From Octopus sinensis (taxonomy: Eukaryota), in NCBI RefSeq assembly GCF_006345805.1, contig NC_043021.1, forward strand, positions 8,494,001 through 8,558,000: a DNA stretch of 64,000 nt, in the 5' to 3' direction. The notes under the pieces are model-generated. The model was not told the origin of the DNA, did not search any database, and was given only the letters and a program-made list of their open reading frames with translations. The position numbers and the translations under genes are program-made. Positions 1 through 12,129 of this stretch are shown here, one piece after another. The first letter of the stretch is position 1; each line of letters starts with the position of its first letter.

Positions 1-119
1 ACCAGACTTATAAAAAACTAAGTGACGGGTCGATTCGTTTGAAAACTTCTTGAAGGCAGTGCCCCAGCATGGCCACAGTCTAACGACTGCAACAAATAAA
101 AGATACATACACATACACA

Positions 120-545
120 ATCATCATCATCATTTAACGTCCATTGTCCATGCTGACTTGGGTTGGATGGTTTGACCAGGGCTGGCAAGCAGGAAGGCTG
201 CACCAGACTCCAGTCTGATTTGGCATGGTTTTCTACAGCTGGCAACGACCTCGCTCGAATGTCTTTTCATGTGCCAGTAAGGCGACGCTGGTAACAATCA
301 TGCTTGAATGGTGCTTTTTACATGCCACCGGTATGGAAGCCATTCAGATGGTCTGGCAACAATCATGCTCGGATGGTGCTCTTAGTGCTCCACTAGCATG
401 GATGCCAGTCATCGAATTTGATTTCGATTTCAATTTCACTTGCCTCAACAGGTCTTCATAAGCAGAGTTTAGTGTCCAATGAAGGAAAGGTATGCATAAG
501 TGGACTGGTTACATCCCTGGCATAGGCCACGGTACTCCATAAGTA
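120..545 (-). mobile_element. RTE-tail-like interspersed repeat (family D); other copies at ~1718-2110(-), 4272-4495(-), ~8500-8660(+), 13235-13335(+)
   Basis: Shared block ggatgcccttcctaacgccaacc...ccatgctagcatggg...(cat)n tail. The 1760-1900 and 4310-4445 copies are nearly identical. Confidence 0.75.
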
Positions 546-699
546 CATATAATGGTTGTGTATGTATGTGTGTGTGAATGTGTTCAACTCAGGAAATTCA
601 AAGGGAGAATTCCTGAAAAGTTTAATGCTTTTTAACTGTGCCTCTGAATCAATTATATTTGGAGAATCAAATCGGTTTACTTCGTTCCTTTAGCATTTC

Positions 700-2396
700 T
701 AAGCTTTTATTCAGATGTAAAGATCACCAGTTTCAGGACAAGGAACCAGGACTTTAATTCATTCTTCAATATGAAAAACAGGTTGTGCTATTACACAAAT
801 GTTTCTGGCTTGTTAGCCTTCCTTGGTTTCCCACACAATACCTCAGACGGGCATCTTTTCATAGACTCTTCCAAGCGAAGTCTGAAGGCTGTGCTCCTGC
901 ACAGTGGGAATAAATACCCCCAGCATTCCCATTGCCTGCTCTTTCCATCTGAAGGAGTTGTATGATAATATGAAGCTCTCTGTGGAAGCTGTCAAGTACG
1001 ACCAATAACAGAGGAGTCTCTGCAGGGATCTCAAGGTCACTGGGCTCCTTAAGGGTATGCAAGCAGGCTTCACAAAGTACCGTTGCTTTCTCTGTCTCTG
1101 GGACAGTCAGGCTGTGTTCAAGCACTACAAGCAGAAGGACTGGGGATCTAGGACCACTTTCGTGTCTGGTGAACACAGTGTGCAAGAAAATCCTCTGGTG
1201 GACATGAACAAGGTGCCTCTTCCTCCTCTTCAAATCAGGCTTGATTTAATGAAGAATTTTGTGAAGGCCATGGACAAAAATGGCGCTGCCTTCCAACACT
1301 TGTGCACTCTGTTCCCATCTCTGAGTTCTGCTAAGCTCAAGGAGGGCATCTTCGTTGGACCTCAGATCCAAGAGGTGCTGAAGGATTAGGACTTCGAGAA
1401 GCTTCTTACCTAAAAGGAACTGAGAGCACTGGAAACATTTAAGTCAGTCTTCCATGGCTTCCTTGGTAACACACGGGTACTAGATTACCAAGAATGTATC
1501 GAGAGGATATGAGATGCCAAATGTCACTCAAAATTCACCTTCTCCACTCTTCCCTCAACTTCTTCCTTCCAAAGCTCAGAGAAGTGAGTGACGAGCATGG
1601 AGAAAGATTCCTCCAAAATATTACTAAGATGGAGGGAAACTACCAAGACAAATGGAACCCCAGCATGATGGAGGACTTTTACTGGATGCTTTTGCATGAC
1701 ATACCAGAGGCAAAATACACATCATCATCATCATCATCGTTTAGCGTCCGTTTTCCATGCTAGCATGGGTTGGACGGTTCAACTGGGGTCTGGGAAGCCA
1801 GAAGGCTGCGCCAGGCCCAGTCTGATCTGGCAGTGTTTCTACAGCTGGATGCCCTTCCTAACGCCAACCACTCCATGAGTGTAGTGGGTGCTTTTACCTG
1901 CCACTGGCACAGGTGCCAGATGAGGCTGGCAAACGGCCACGATCGGATGGTGCTTTTTACGTGCCACCGGCACGGGGGCCAGACGAGGCTGGCAACAGCC
2001 ATGATCGGATGGTGCTTTTTACGTGCCTCCTGCACAGGGGCCAGTTGGGGTGGTGCTGGCAACGGCCACGTTTGGATGGTTCTCTTACGTGCCACCGGCA
2101 CTGGTATCACAGCTAACTCACTCCTAATCGTCTGCTGTACTATGATTTGTATGTTTTACATTATTCAAGTAATTTAGTTCCATCAATGTTCTATATTTAT
2201 GCTGTTTTTTTCCCCTGTAATATTCCTTTGTAACAGATGAAATAAACACATATTTTAAATTTATATGCAGCATAATTAAAATGGGGTATGTTAAAGCAAA
2301 ACTGCTCAGAAAATTGCATTCACCACATCAAAATTAGTCAAAAACACTTTTTCACATCCTTGCCTCATAGCAAAACAAAATTTTTGTAAACCAGTG
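700..2396 (+). mobile_element. Degenerate DNA transposon, Chapaev3-like (Transib/RAG1-related DDE); 5' truncated and interrupted by a repeat at ~1718-2110
   Basis: Frameshifted pieces carry LFIDSSKRSLKAVLLH (ORF 771), TKYRCFLCLWDS..., LPPLQIRL-LMKNFVKA, LSSAKLKEGIFVGPQI (ORF 1057) and KIHLLHS...VSDEHGERF...YWML (ORF 1494). A 3' terminus ...tttttgtaaacCAGTG ends at 2396. The superfamily call is from motif recall. Confidence 0.7.
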
Positions 2397-2399
2397 TAA

Positions 2400-3050
2400 T
2401 TTTTATCCTGTTACCTATCCAATTATTATCATAACCTCTTATTATTACACACATGTGAGTGAGAACACTTTGAGATATTTTTGGTATCTAACATATATCA
2501 GATACTGCGAGCGCTGCTTCTGATTGGTCAATCCATGGTGATGACCCGAGGTCACGGTGACGGCACTACTTTTGTCATTCATAAGTTACAACTAAACTTC
2601 ATTCATTACTTTCACGAGCAGGTAGAATGTAGCCATGTAATTAAACAAACATACTATCTTTTTTATACCAGATATCACTTAAAGTCATATACACATAAAA
2701 TATAAACATTTCTGGTGGTAATTCAATTTTGTTAACAAAATGTTAAACAGTCATCAGTTATCAGTCATTTCACCTGAAAACTTAGAGCTATAAAGTCGGA
2801 CTATCTTCCTGCGGCATGACATCTTTTACAGTTACACATTGTGACGTCACTGACGTGAAATCAAGCTGTATTCATGCGCACTTCAACACGATGTGAAGAA
2901 TTTAGTTATTGGGTTAATAAAATATGGTCGTTTATTCGTGTGTAATAAATAAAATACCAAACTCATTCCCTATGGATACCGTATTTATTACAACTCGTGA
3001 CTTGTAATAAATACGGTATCCATAGGGAACTCGTTTGGTATTCTCTATTT
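2400..3050. mobile_element. Probable non-autonomous DNA element ending in a long palindrome (Crypton-like architecture, unconfirmed)
   Basis: ctgattggtcaa motif near 2520 and a perfect 28-bp inverted repeat at 2966-2993/3002-3029. Only one copy is visible in the window. Confidence 0.3.
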
Positions 3051-3093
3051 ATCAAATGCTCCTAATTAATTCTGTTGTTTACTATTTGAACAG

Positions 3094-3329
3094 GTAAATG
3101 TACCAGCTACACACTCAACCTAGCCAATGAAGCAAATACACTACCACTCCTTGGACCCCTACATCCTCGCTTCAACATTATTGACTCCCTCAGGAAAGCC
3201 CTTGCTGAAGTTTTACCAGCTGATGCCCACAAAAGAACTAGTGGACGTCTTTATATCTCTCTGACACGATGGAGAGATTGGAAAAATGTGGTTATTTCAG
3301 AATATGCTTCAAATCAAGAACTAATTGAT
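3094..3329 (+). CDS. PNPLA2: PNPLA2/ATGL coding exon (equivalent to human exon 3), patatin domain
   Basis: Acceptor ttgaacag|GT at 3093/3094 and donor GAT|gtaatt at 3329/3330; 236 bp, phase 1 to 0. Translates (G)KCTSYTLNLANEANTLPLLGPLHPRFNIIDSLRKALAEVLPADAHKRTSGRLYISLTRWRDWKNVVISEYASNQELID, matching ATGL LGPLHPSFNL...[39 protein letters not shown]. Confidence 0.95.
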
Positions 3330-3713
3330 GTAATTATTGTATTTCATTTCATATTTTTTTTTATGTTTAAATATTTATATTTTAATCTCAATAACAGAAT
3401 TGGTATTTCATTATATATTTTGTTATTATATCTTGCAATATAACAAAACTATTTACCCTGGGTTCAGCTGTACCTTTTAGTAAACGATAGAGGTTTGAAA
3501 TTTTACATTCAGAGCTTTAAGTGTCAATAATTCAATGACCATTGCAAGTCCAGTACACGAAAAACAAAAACACTGCCAGTGGACAGAAAATCTTTTCCCA
3601 CAGACATTAGTTTGTACAATGGAAACATCTTTCTCGAGTTTGGCTGCAAGATCTTGTCAAAATCCACTATTATGTTTTGGTTAAAATAACATATAAATAT
3701 AATATAACATGCG

Positions 3714-3978
3714 GAGGCACATGGCCTAGTGGTTAGAGCAGTGGACTCACGGTCGAGGGATCGCGGGTTCGAATCTCAGACCGGGCAATGTGTGTGTTTA
3801 TGAGCGAAAACACCTAAGCTCCACGCGGCTCCAGCAGAAGGTATTGGCGAACTTCTGCTGACTCTTTCGCCACAACTTTCTCTCTCACTCTTTCCTCCGG
3901 CGTCCTGTCAAGGTGGGGAACTTGTATGCCATGGAAACCGGCCCTTATGAGCCAGGCATGGCTCAAGAAGGAAGAAAC
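3714..3978 (+). mobile_element. tRNA-headed SINE family C; other copies at 8197-8256 (head), 10212-10515(+), 11225-11590(-), 17455-17745(-), 46795-47175(+)
   Basis: Head with A box TGGCCTAGTGG and B box GGTTCGAATCTC, followed by conserved gagcgaaaacacctaagctccac...ctctttcgccacaactttctctcactc in several dispersed copies. Confidence 0.85.
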
Positions 3979-4194
3979 ATAATATAATAAAATAAAATAT
4001 ATACAGAGTGCCCCTGCTTATTCGCAGTTTGGAATTTGAGGTCCTGGTTCTTTGTGAAACAAATAATTCTTCACAGAAATCACCGCACAGTCGCGCAATC
4101 ATAAATATCGTCCACAATTTTTTTTGACGTCTTTTGTAGCAATCTCTCTCTCTCTCTCATAATTATTGTTGTTGTTGTTGTTGTTGTTCTTCTT

Positions 4195-4225
<31 letters not shown>

Positions 4226-4925
4226 TTATTATTATTATTATTATTATTATAGTATAGATAACTATATCTAGTCATCATCATCATCGTTTGGCGTCCGCTT
4301 TCCATGCTGGCATGGGTTGGACGGTTCAACTGGGGTCTGGGAAGCCAGAAGGCTGCACCAGGCCCAGTCTGATCTGGCAATGTTTCTACGGCTGGATGCC
4401 CTTCCTAACGCCAACCACTCCATGAGTGTAGTGGGTGCTTTTTACATACCACCAGCACGGAGGCCAGACGAGGGTGGCAACGGCCACGATCGGATAAGTA
4501 TATACATACATACATACTTATATGTGTGTGTTACACACAAACACACACACACACATGCACATATATATACACACGGAGTATGTAAGATATTTGGAAATAT
4601 AAACAAAATTTTTCAAAACCATGATTATTTTTAAGCTCTGCTCAATCTCCCATTGGTGGTATGTGCATATTAGATGCAAGGAAGACTTTTCATATGTTTT
4701 TTGGGGGAAAAACTGAATCCAGTAGCTATCTTGAGTGTTTTGTTGAGTGTTTTGTTTTCTGCATGTTATTAAAGCCCTAAGATACCACCCAAATGCCATA
4801 CAGCTTCTAAGGTGGGTAAATAAGAATAACTTTCTAATATTTGTAACATGGATAAAGCAACCATACTTATATGAAACTCCATATATCTGCATAGTCACAC
4901 ACACACACATGTTATGTATATATGT

Positions 4926-5160
4926 AAGGCGGCGAGCTGGCAGAAACGTTAGCATGCCGGGCGAAATGCATAGCCGTATTTCGTCCGTCGTTACGTTCTG
5001 AGTTCAAATTCTGCCGAGGTCGACTTTGCCTTTCATCCTTTCGGGGTCGATAAATAAAGTACCAGTTTTGCACTGGGGTCGATGTAATCGACTTAATCCC
5101 TTTGTCTGTCCTTGTTTGTCCCCTCTATATTTAGCCCCTTGTGGGCAATAAAGAAATATA
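4926..5160 (+). mobile_element. tRNA-headed SINE family B (Meta/MESC-like core); other copies at 18455-18690(-), 19045-19280(-), 23915-24330(- dimer), 26870-27290(- dimer), 36865-37105(-), 39147-39840(+ multimer), 46150-46480(-), 51021-51257(-), 52540-52850, 56330-56555(-)
   Basis: Repeated ~235-bp unit aaggcggcgagctggcagaaacgttagc...gagttcaaattccgccgaggtcgactttgcctttcatcctttcggggtcgat...agccccttgtgggcaataaagaaata. B box is GAGTTCAAATTC; the gcctttcatcctttcggggtcgataaa-agtaccag block resembles the Meta-SINE domain. Confidence 0.88.
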
Positions 5161-5166
5161 TATTTA

Positions 5167-5384
5167 TACGAGGGGTGCTGAAAGTTCCTAGTTTTGGGTA
5201 AGAGAAAATACAGGAGGATCAATTAATTATGATTTTATTCAACATATTCCCCTCCCAGATTCACGCACTTGTTGCAGTGGTCCTTCAGTTTTTCTAAGCC
5301 CTGTAAAAAGAACTCAGAAGGTTGGGCCTCCAACCAGGCCTTTCATGGTAACCTTAAAGCCAGGAACTTTTCAGCACCCTATGT
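5167..5384. mobile_element. Mariner-type MITE
   Basis: TIRs TACGAGGGGTGCTGAAAGTTCC ... GGAACTTTTCAGCACCCT-ATGT, TA-flanked, ~215 bp, non-coding. Confidence 0.7.
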
Positions 5385-5438
5385 GTGTGTGTGTGTGTGA
5401 GTGTGTGTGTGAGTGTGTGTGTGTGTATGTGTGTGTGA

Positions 5439-5469
<31 letters not shown>

Positions 5470-5589
5470 TGTGCGTACATAGATCAATGTAGAGTCACCA
5501 CCGCCACGCTCTTAACTATAAGAGGTGTTTATTGTTGATTGGTTCTCAACTTCTCGCCCCCCACCTCCCACTCTTCCATCATATCATTG

Positions 5590-5979
5590 AGGACAACAAC
5601 AACAACAACAACAGAAACAACTACTACTACTACAACTACAACACCAATTGCTGCTACTGCTACTATTACTATTACTACTATACTACTACTATTACTACTA
5701 CTACTACCACCACCACCACCACCACCACCACCACTACTCTACTATTACTACCACCACCACCACCACCACCACCACCACTACTACTACTACTACCACCACC
5801 AACACTACTACTACTACTACTACTACTACTACAGCAATAACAACAGCAGCAACAATATTTTTATCAGCCTGATCATTTGACTGAATTTTGGGCAAAGCAA
5901 TTATGTCATGTGACAGCGCCATACTTGTTTATCAACAGCAACAAACGTAATTCTTTGCTATACTTTGCACTGCCTGTAG

Positions 5980-6016
<37 letters not shown>

Positions 6017-6830
6017 AGTCGTTTCTAGGTTAACCCTCATTGCGTAGATCTATTGTCAAAGACATTCTAACTGCGGCCATCCCAGCTTTTATAGACGCGT
6101 GTATAACTGTATCGTGCAGTTTGACCTTTTATTTATTTAAGACAAGGGTGTGATCTGAAGGGTTTTAGCTGCTATTTTTAGCAGGTCAAGTGACTGCGTA
6201 GATGCTTCGATATTGGTGATTATGATGATGCTGGTGGTGGTTGGTGGTATGGTGATTGTAGTGATGGGAAGGGGTTGAATCCATCAGTTTGTCTGTCTGT
6301 GTGTCTGTCTATCCATCCATCTATCTGTCTGTCTGTTTGTTTGTCTGTCTGCCTCTCTCTCTTTTTCTCTCTCTATTTTTCTATCTATCTATCAGTTTGT
6401 CTGTCTGCCTGTCTATCTATCCATCCATCTATCTGTTTGTCTGTCTGTTCATCCATCTGTCCATCCATCTGTGTGTCTGTCCGTCTGTCTGTCTGTCTTT
6501 CCATCTCTCTCTCTCTTTCACCCTCTCAGTCTTTCACTCTCTCTCCCTCTTTCACTCTCTCAGTCTTTCACTCTCTCTCTTTCTCTTTCACTCTCTCTCT
6601 TTCTCTTTCACTCTCTCAGTCTTTCTCTCTCTCTCTCTTTCACTCACTCACTCACTCTCTCTTTCACTCTCTCAGTCTTTCACTCTCTCTCTTTCACTCT
6701 CTCTCTTTCACTCTCTCTCAGTCTTTCACTCTCTCTCAGTCTTTCACTCTCTCTCTCTCTTTCACTCTCTCAGTCTTTCACTCTCACTCTCTTTCACTCT
6801 CTCTCTTTCACTCACACACTCTCTCTCTGC
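5590..6830. repeat. Compound microsatellites (ACT/ACC/AAC)n, (TCTG/TCCA)n and (CT)n
   Basis: Direct inspection; these explain the low-complexity ORFs at 5532-6939. Confidence 0.95.
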
Positions 6831-7074
6831 CTATCCGTCTATCTATCTGTTGGATATTAATGTTTACAGATATCATTGTCCACATATGGGATGGTTATTG
6901 ATGGCCATATATGGAACATCTCTGTTAAATTTGCAATAATCAATGTCCATACATGGAATATCTTCTACCATACACACACACTGATTACAAATCCATTCCT
7001 CCTGAGTATTTTTCTCTAGTAAACCTGTTTAAAAATTTTCCCTTTTGCAACGTTTCTTTTTAATTTCCTTACAG

Positions 7075-7140
7075 GCAATGATTTGCAGTGCATTTGTTCC
7101 TTTATATTGTGGCCTAATACCACCAAAGTACAAAGGAGAT
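7075..7140 (+). CDS. PNPLA2: PNPLA2/ATGL coding exon (equivalent to human exon 4)
   Basis: ttccttacag|GCA...GAT|gtaagt; 66 bp, phase 0 to 0, same length as human exon 4. AMICSAFVPLYCGLIPPKYKGD vs human [22 protein letters not shown]. Confidence 0.96.
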
Positions 7141-7305
7141 GTAAGTATTTAGTATTGTCCACCTTTTCAAGTTTTTACCTAAAAGAAATGCTAATTTTCT
7201 TCCACAAGGCAAAGCTTTGTCATGGGGGTAGGGGACTTGTGTTTATCTGGTGATTATCTCCAGTTTATGTTGGGATACATGAATCGGTATCAAATTCTTC
7301 CTTGA

Positions 7306-7995
7306 ATTAATAATAAAATAATAATAATAATAATGAAATTATTGTATACAGTGCTCAGGTGCACCACAACTTGTCAGAAAGTGCGTATAAAGAGTATGCA
7401 ATAATGTACAAATGTCTGGAAAGCGAACAATGTATGAGTCAGATACATGCTTGCGTGTGTATGGAGGGGAGAAAATCAGGTGTAGTGTTGGCGAACCTCA
7501 GAAAGCATGGAAGTTTTGAAGGATGCAGTGTTCCAACAACTAACAACTGATGCCGGCAGTTTGTTCCATGCTTCAGCAACTCTTAGCGTGAAAAAATGTT
7601 TCCGAAATCATGGGAGCTGTGCTGTTTTCTGACTTTGTAAACATGTCCACGGGTGTTAGACGGGTGGAGTTTGAAAAGGTGCTCAGAGTTATTGTTTGTA
7701 AGATGGTTGATAATTTTATGGGTGTCTGCCAAATCAGCTGCCAGATGTTGGAGTTTCAATGTGTCCATGCCCAGGGAAGTAAGGCATTCAGAATATGGCA
7801 AATGCCTGATGGAGGGTATTCTTTTGGTTGCACGTCGCTGAACGGCTTCCAGACGATTGATATCCTGGGCAAGATAGGGGTCCAGACCGGTGATGCAAAT
7901 TCCAGGTGAAGTCTTACCATAGCTATATAAAGCCGCAGATAGATAGTCGGAGAGCGGCTCACAAAGGATGCTCCCAAATACAGATTTCTTGCTAG
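7306..7995 (-). mobile_element. CR1/L2-clade LINE 3' fragment
   Basis: Frameshifted RT C-terminus LYIAMVRLHLEFASPVW-PYLAQDINRLEAVQRRATKRIPSIRHLPYSECL...RGHVYKV...FFTLRVAEAWNKLP, ending in an (ATT)n tail at ~7310. Confidence 0.88.
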
Positions 7996-8755
7996 AAAAA
8001 TTGAACACAAGACTACTGGGTCACAAGGCATGTCTCAGCTCTACCTTGCTGCTGCTATTTTTTTTTTAGAAATTTAGCTTAGAGTTAGGCTCAATGTGTC
8101 AGCTCCCCCATTTGATCTCCAGAAGAGGAGAAGTTGGTGAAAAAGCCAAACTCATCATCATCATCTTCATTTAATGTCCATCTTCCATGCTAGCAGTAGG
8201 CGCAATGGCCCAGTGGTTAGGGCAGCGGACTCGCGGTCGGAGGATCGCGGTTTCAATTAGTTGGAAAGCAGATAAAGGTTAATGGCAAAGTCATCCAGCT
8301 TGCTTGCTTCATGCTCTTGCTTGATGGGGCTGGGGTCATCTCAGGTTGGTGGTCTCAGAGATGTCAGCATGCATAGAACCAACCAGGTCCCAGGTCCACC
8401 AGTGCTTTCCGTCACTGGCAGCCCTTTGCCAGCCCTTCTACATCCTCCAAGGTGACAATGAGCTTCTTGGAGATCTTCCCCAATCACATCCAGCCATTTG
8501 ATGTGGGGCTTGCTACGTGGCCCCTTCCAGTCTGCAGCTGTGGCATCGAATGAGAGTAAAGCCCTGATAGATTGATCAGCTTAGATATAAAAATAAATGC
8601 CTCGATAACATTTTAGTCTGACCCATGCCAGCATGGAAAAATAGACATAAAATGAATGAATAAAGTGAGTGGAGAAGATATGTAAAACAGATGTAAAACA
8701 GATGTAAAACAGATGTAGTAATCAAATAGTAATTTAAAACAATATAGAAATGTAG

Positions 8756-8916
8756 GCACTGGAGTGGCTGTGTGGTAAGAAGCTTGCTTGCCAACCACAA
8801 GGTTCTGGGTTCTGTCCCACTGCATGGTGCCTTGGGCAAGTGTATTCTACTATAGCCTTGGGAAAACCAAAGCCTTGTGAGTGGATTTGGCTGACAGAAA
8901 CTGAAAGAAGCCCATC

Positions 8917-8997
<81 letters not shown>

Positions 8998-8998
8998 C

Positions 8999-9060
<62 letters not shown>

Positions 9061-9355
9061 TCTGTATGTATAATATATATATATATATTATATATATATT
9101 ATATATATATATATATGTATGTATGTATGTATGCATGAATTGTGTTTCTGTTTGTCCTCCCTACCATCCCTTGACAATCGATGTTGGGTGTTTACATCCC
9201 TGCAACTTAACGGTTCGGCAAAAGACACCGATAGAATAAGTACTAAGAATAAGTCCTGGGGTAGATTTGTTCGACTAAAGGTGGTGCTCCAGCATGGATG
9301 GCTGCAGTCAAATAACTGAAACGAGTAAAAGAATAAAAAGAAATAAAAGAATAAA
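8756..9355 (+). mobile_element. tRNA-headed SINE family A with central microsatellite; other copies at 1-105 (tail), 13725-14390(-), 20620-20945(-), 24428-24820(+), 24928-25670(-), 27608-28190(+), 34935-35340(-), 40090-40512(-), 48705-49165(+), 50095-50515(-), 50641-51330(+), 51815-52225(-), 53003-53450(+)
   Basis: Head ggagtggctgtgtggtaagtagcttgc...ggttcagtcccactgcgtggcaccttgggcaagtgtcttc (A/B boxes plus CORE/Deu-like block), AT/GT linker, and tail ...aaggcggtgctccagcatggccgcagtcaaatgactgaaacaag(taaaagag)n. Octopus tRNA-derived SINEs (OK, OR1, OR2) are known, but I cannot assign which this is. Confidence 0.9.
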
Positions 9356-9860
9356 ATGTAATTATATCTGTATGTAGACCAAGGTCAATGAACGCAAATG
9401 ACAAAATTTGTGTGTATGTGTTTGTGGTGAGGAAGGTTTGTTTTTTTGATGAGTGATATAAAGAAAATTAATTATAGTATTAGTACGTGGGTAGAGAATA
9501 GTGCTGAAGTTCAGTGTGTGTGTGTATGTGAGAAACTGTCATGGTGATAATTTGTATCAGGAGTATGGGGCACAGGAAGAGTGAAGTATTTGTGGTTTGT
9601 CAAAGATCTGTAGGTCATTGACCAAAATAAAATGACGGACGGAAATAAAGAGCGAAAGAAAGAATATTAGCTAAAAAAATGGCGTTTACAAATTTCTTTG
9701 TACTGTTTTCTTTATGGGAACGGTCATGGCTGTTTGGTAAGAAGTTTGTTTCCTTGTCACACAGTTCCGGGTACAGTGCCCCCTAAGTGGGCCCTTGGGC
9801 AAGTGTTTTCTACTGTAGTCCCGTGAGTGGATATGGTCGATAGAAACTGAAAGAAGACTG

Positions 9861-9894
<34 letters not shown>

Positions 9895-9895
9895 C

Positions 9896-9972
<77 letters not shown>

Positions 9973-10171
9973 GAAATGAGGTAATCAGAAGATCAGATGG
10001 TTTATATCTACAGATATTTATTTATATATTACATTTTTTATATATATATCATATCACTTAGATCATTAGCGCTTTCTCCCATTCTAGTGGGGTTTTCAAA
10101 TCAAACTAAATCTTCTGATTACCTCATTTCTTCTAATATATAATACCTGTACATCATCTCCAAACCTTCCA

Positions 10172-10206
<35 letters not shown>

Positions 10207-11031
10207 GAGTGGAGGTGCAATGGCCTAGTGGTTGGGGCAGTGGGCTCGTGGTCAGAGGATCACAGTTTCAATTCCTAGACCGGGCGTTGTGTGTGTTTAT
10301 TGAGCGAAAACACTTAAAGCTCCACAAGGCTCTGGCAGGGGGTGGTGGCGACCCTGCTGTACTCTTTCGCCCCAACTTTCTCTCACTCTTTCTTCCTGTT
10401 TCTTGAGTAACGCTGCGATGGGCTGGTGTCCCATCCAGCTGGGGCGGGGGAACACATACACCACAGAAACCGGGCCCATGAGCCTGGCTAGGTTTGAAAA
10501 GTGTGCATAAATAAATAAATAAAAAAATATCTATATTAGAAATATGTTACAAAAAGAAAATAGAAACTACACGTGGAAATGTAAGGGGAAAGTAAGAAGA
10601 AAAATAAGCGAAAATGCACATTGGAAATCAAAAGGGTGAAGGCTTTTTATGAAAAGTAATGATAGATATATACAATTAGATGAACTAAGGTAGGAATAAA
10701 AGTCATTATTGTGAATTGTTAAAGAGATTCAAAAGCATACCGGTTTCGTGAATTTACTAATCATTGCTTTGAATGGACACTGATTAATGAACGGTGTCAG
10801 GTCTACTAGTCCCTGGATAAAACGATTATGTGTAAAGGAGGTAAGTAGTTCTGGATTTGGTGCAATTAGGGTAGATATAGATATGTAATGTGAATGGTGT
10901 ATGGGATGTATGGGGGTTAGTGGTATTAACTGAAAGGTTAGTAGTGTTCTGTATTATGTTATGTGTTCATATTGAGTTGTGGAAGATATTTATTGATGAA
11001 GTTGCCTCTTTATTCATTATTTGTTGTACTG

Positions 11032-11091
<60 letters not shown>

Positions 11092-11617
11092 TATATATAT
11101 ATATATATGATTGATTACAAAAAATTGAAAAAAAAGACAACAAGAAAAAACAACAACACGAGGACATAGCACATGCAAAGTACTAAGGGGAAACTCTGTC
11201 CCTGACATTCCAGGCTTTGGGAAGTAGTCCTCCTACTGCCAGAAAACAACTGACTACAATGCTTTCCCTTACAGCAGTTACACATGGATGTCAACTCTTG
11301 TTCTTTCTCGAGCCACACCTGGCTCATAAGCGCCAATTTCCCGGTTTCCTTGCCATATAGGTTTCCCACCTGGACGGGACGCGGGTCCATTGCAAGTGAG
11401 CTGCAAGATGCAGGAGGAAAGAGTGAGAGAAAGTTGTGGCGAAAGAGTCAGCAGAAGTTCGCCATTACCTTCTGCTGGAGCTGTGTGGAGCTTAGGTGTT
11501 TTGCTCATAAACACACACATCACCCGGTCTGAGATTTGAACCCGCGATCCCTCGACCATAAGTCTGCTGCTCTAACCACTACGCCATGTGGTTTGATGCT
11601 CAGGAAAATGAAAACGT

Positions 11618-11653
11618 CTTTTACGTTTCGGACCTACGCTCTTCAACAGAAAG
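11618..11653 (-). ncRNA. Minimal type I hammerhead-ribozyme-like motif (degenerate)
   Basis: Minus strand cttt-CTGTTGA-A-gagc gtag gtcc-GAAA-CGT-A-aaag: stem I CUUU/AAAG, palindromic stem III ACGU, GUA cleavage triplet. A6 is U and stem II has a mismatch. Confidence 0.55.
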
Positions 11654-12129
11654 GAATAAGAGAAAATAAACAGAGAGAATGAAAACAAACTTGTAGATTT
11701 AGCAGTCAAGCATGGCGAATGATTAGAAAAAAGTTTGAAAGAAAGGGAGATAATAAAGTGCTAGTGATCCCAAATGAAGGTGCACGTGTGTGTATGTGAG
11801 AATGGTTTGTGTGAATGTGTACGTGTGTGTGTGTGTGTGTGTGAATAGAGGCTAATGAGTCTGACATGTGTGAGTGTTATTGTGTGTGTGTGTGTGTGTG
11901 TGCTGCTCATATAGTGGTATGTGTGGTGATGCTATTGAAGGTTGTGTTTTAAGTGTGTGGATGATGGTGTGTGGGTGTATAGGTGATGGTGTGTGGTGTG
12001 GGTGCTGGGAAGTGGTCAGTGCTAGTGTGTGTGTGGTGGTGGTGGTGAGGGGGTGAGGTGTAATATATCATTTTGTATTAATTGGTTTGTGTTGGATATC
12101 ACAATGATTCCCGGATTTCTCTTTGACAG

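Noticed and set aside
1-3093. PNPLA2 first coding exon (GCGFLG / GXSXG)
   Set aside because: Not found; this stretch is transposon and SINE sequence, so the exon presumably lies upstream of the window.
3714-3790. tRNA genes (A/B-box heads here and in many other copies)
   Set aside because: The heads run directly into SINE bodies, are degenerate, and I could not fold them into full cloverleafs.
5532-6939. Long ORFs with poly-T/Y/L/S/H tracts (also at 25951-26709, 28296-29222, 30239-31099, 34216-34969 and 61949-63577)
   Set aside because: They are translations of microsatellites that lack stop codons, with no coding signal.
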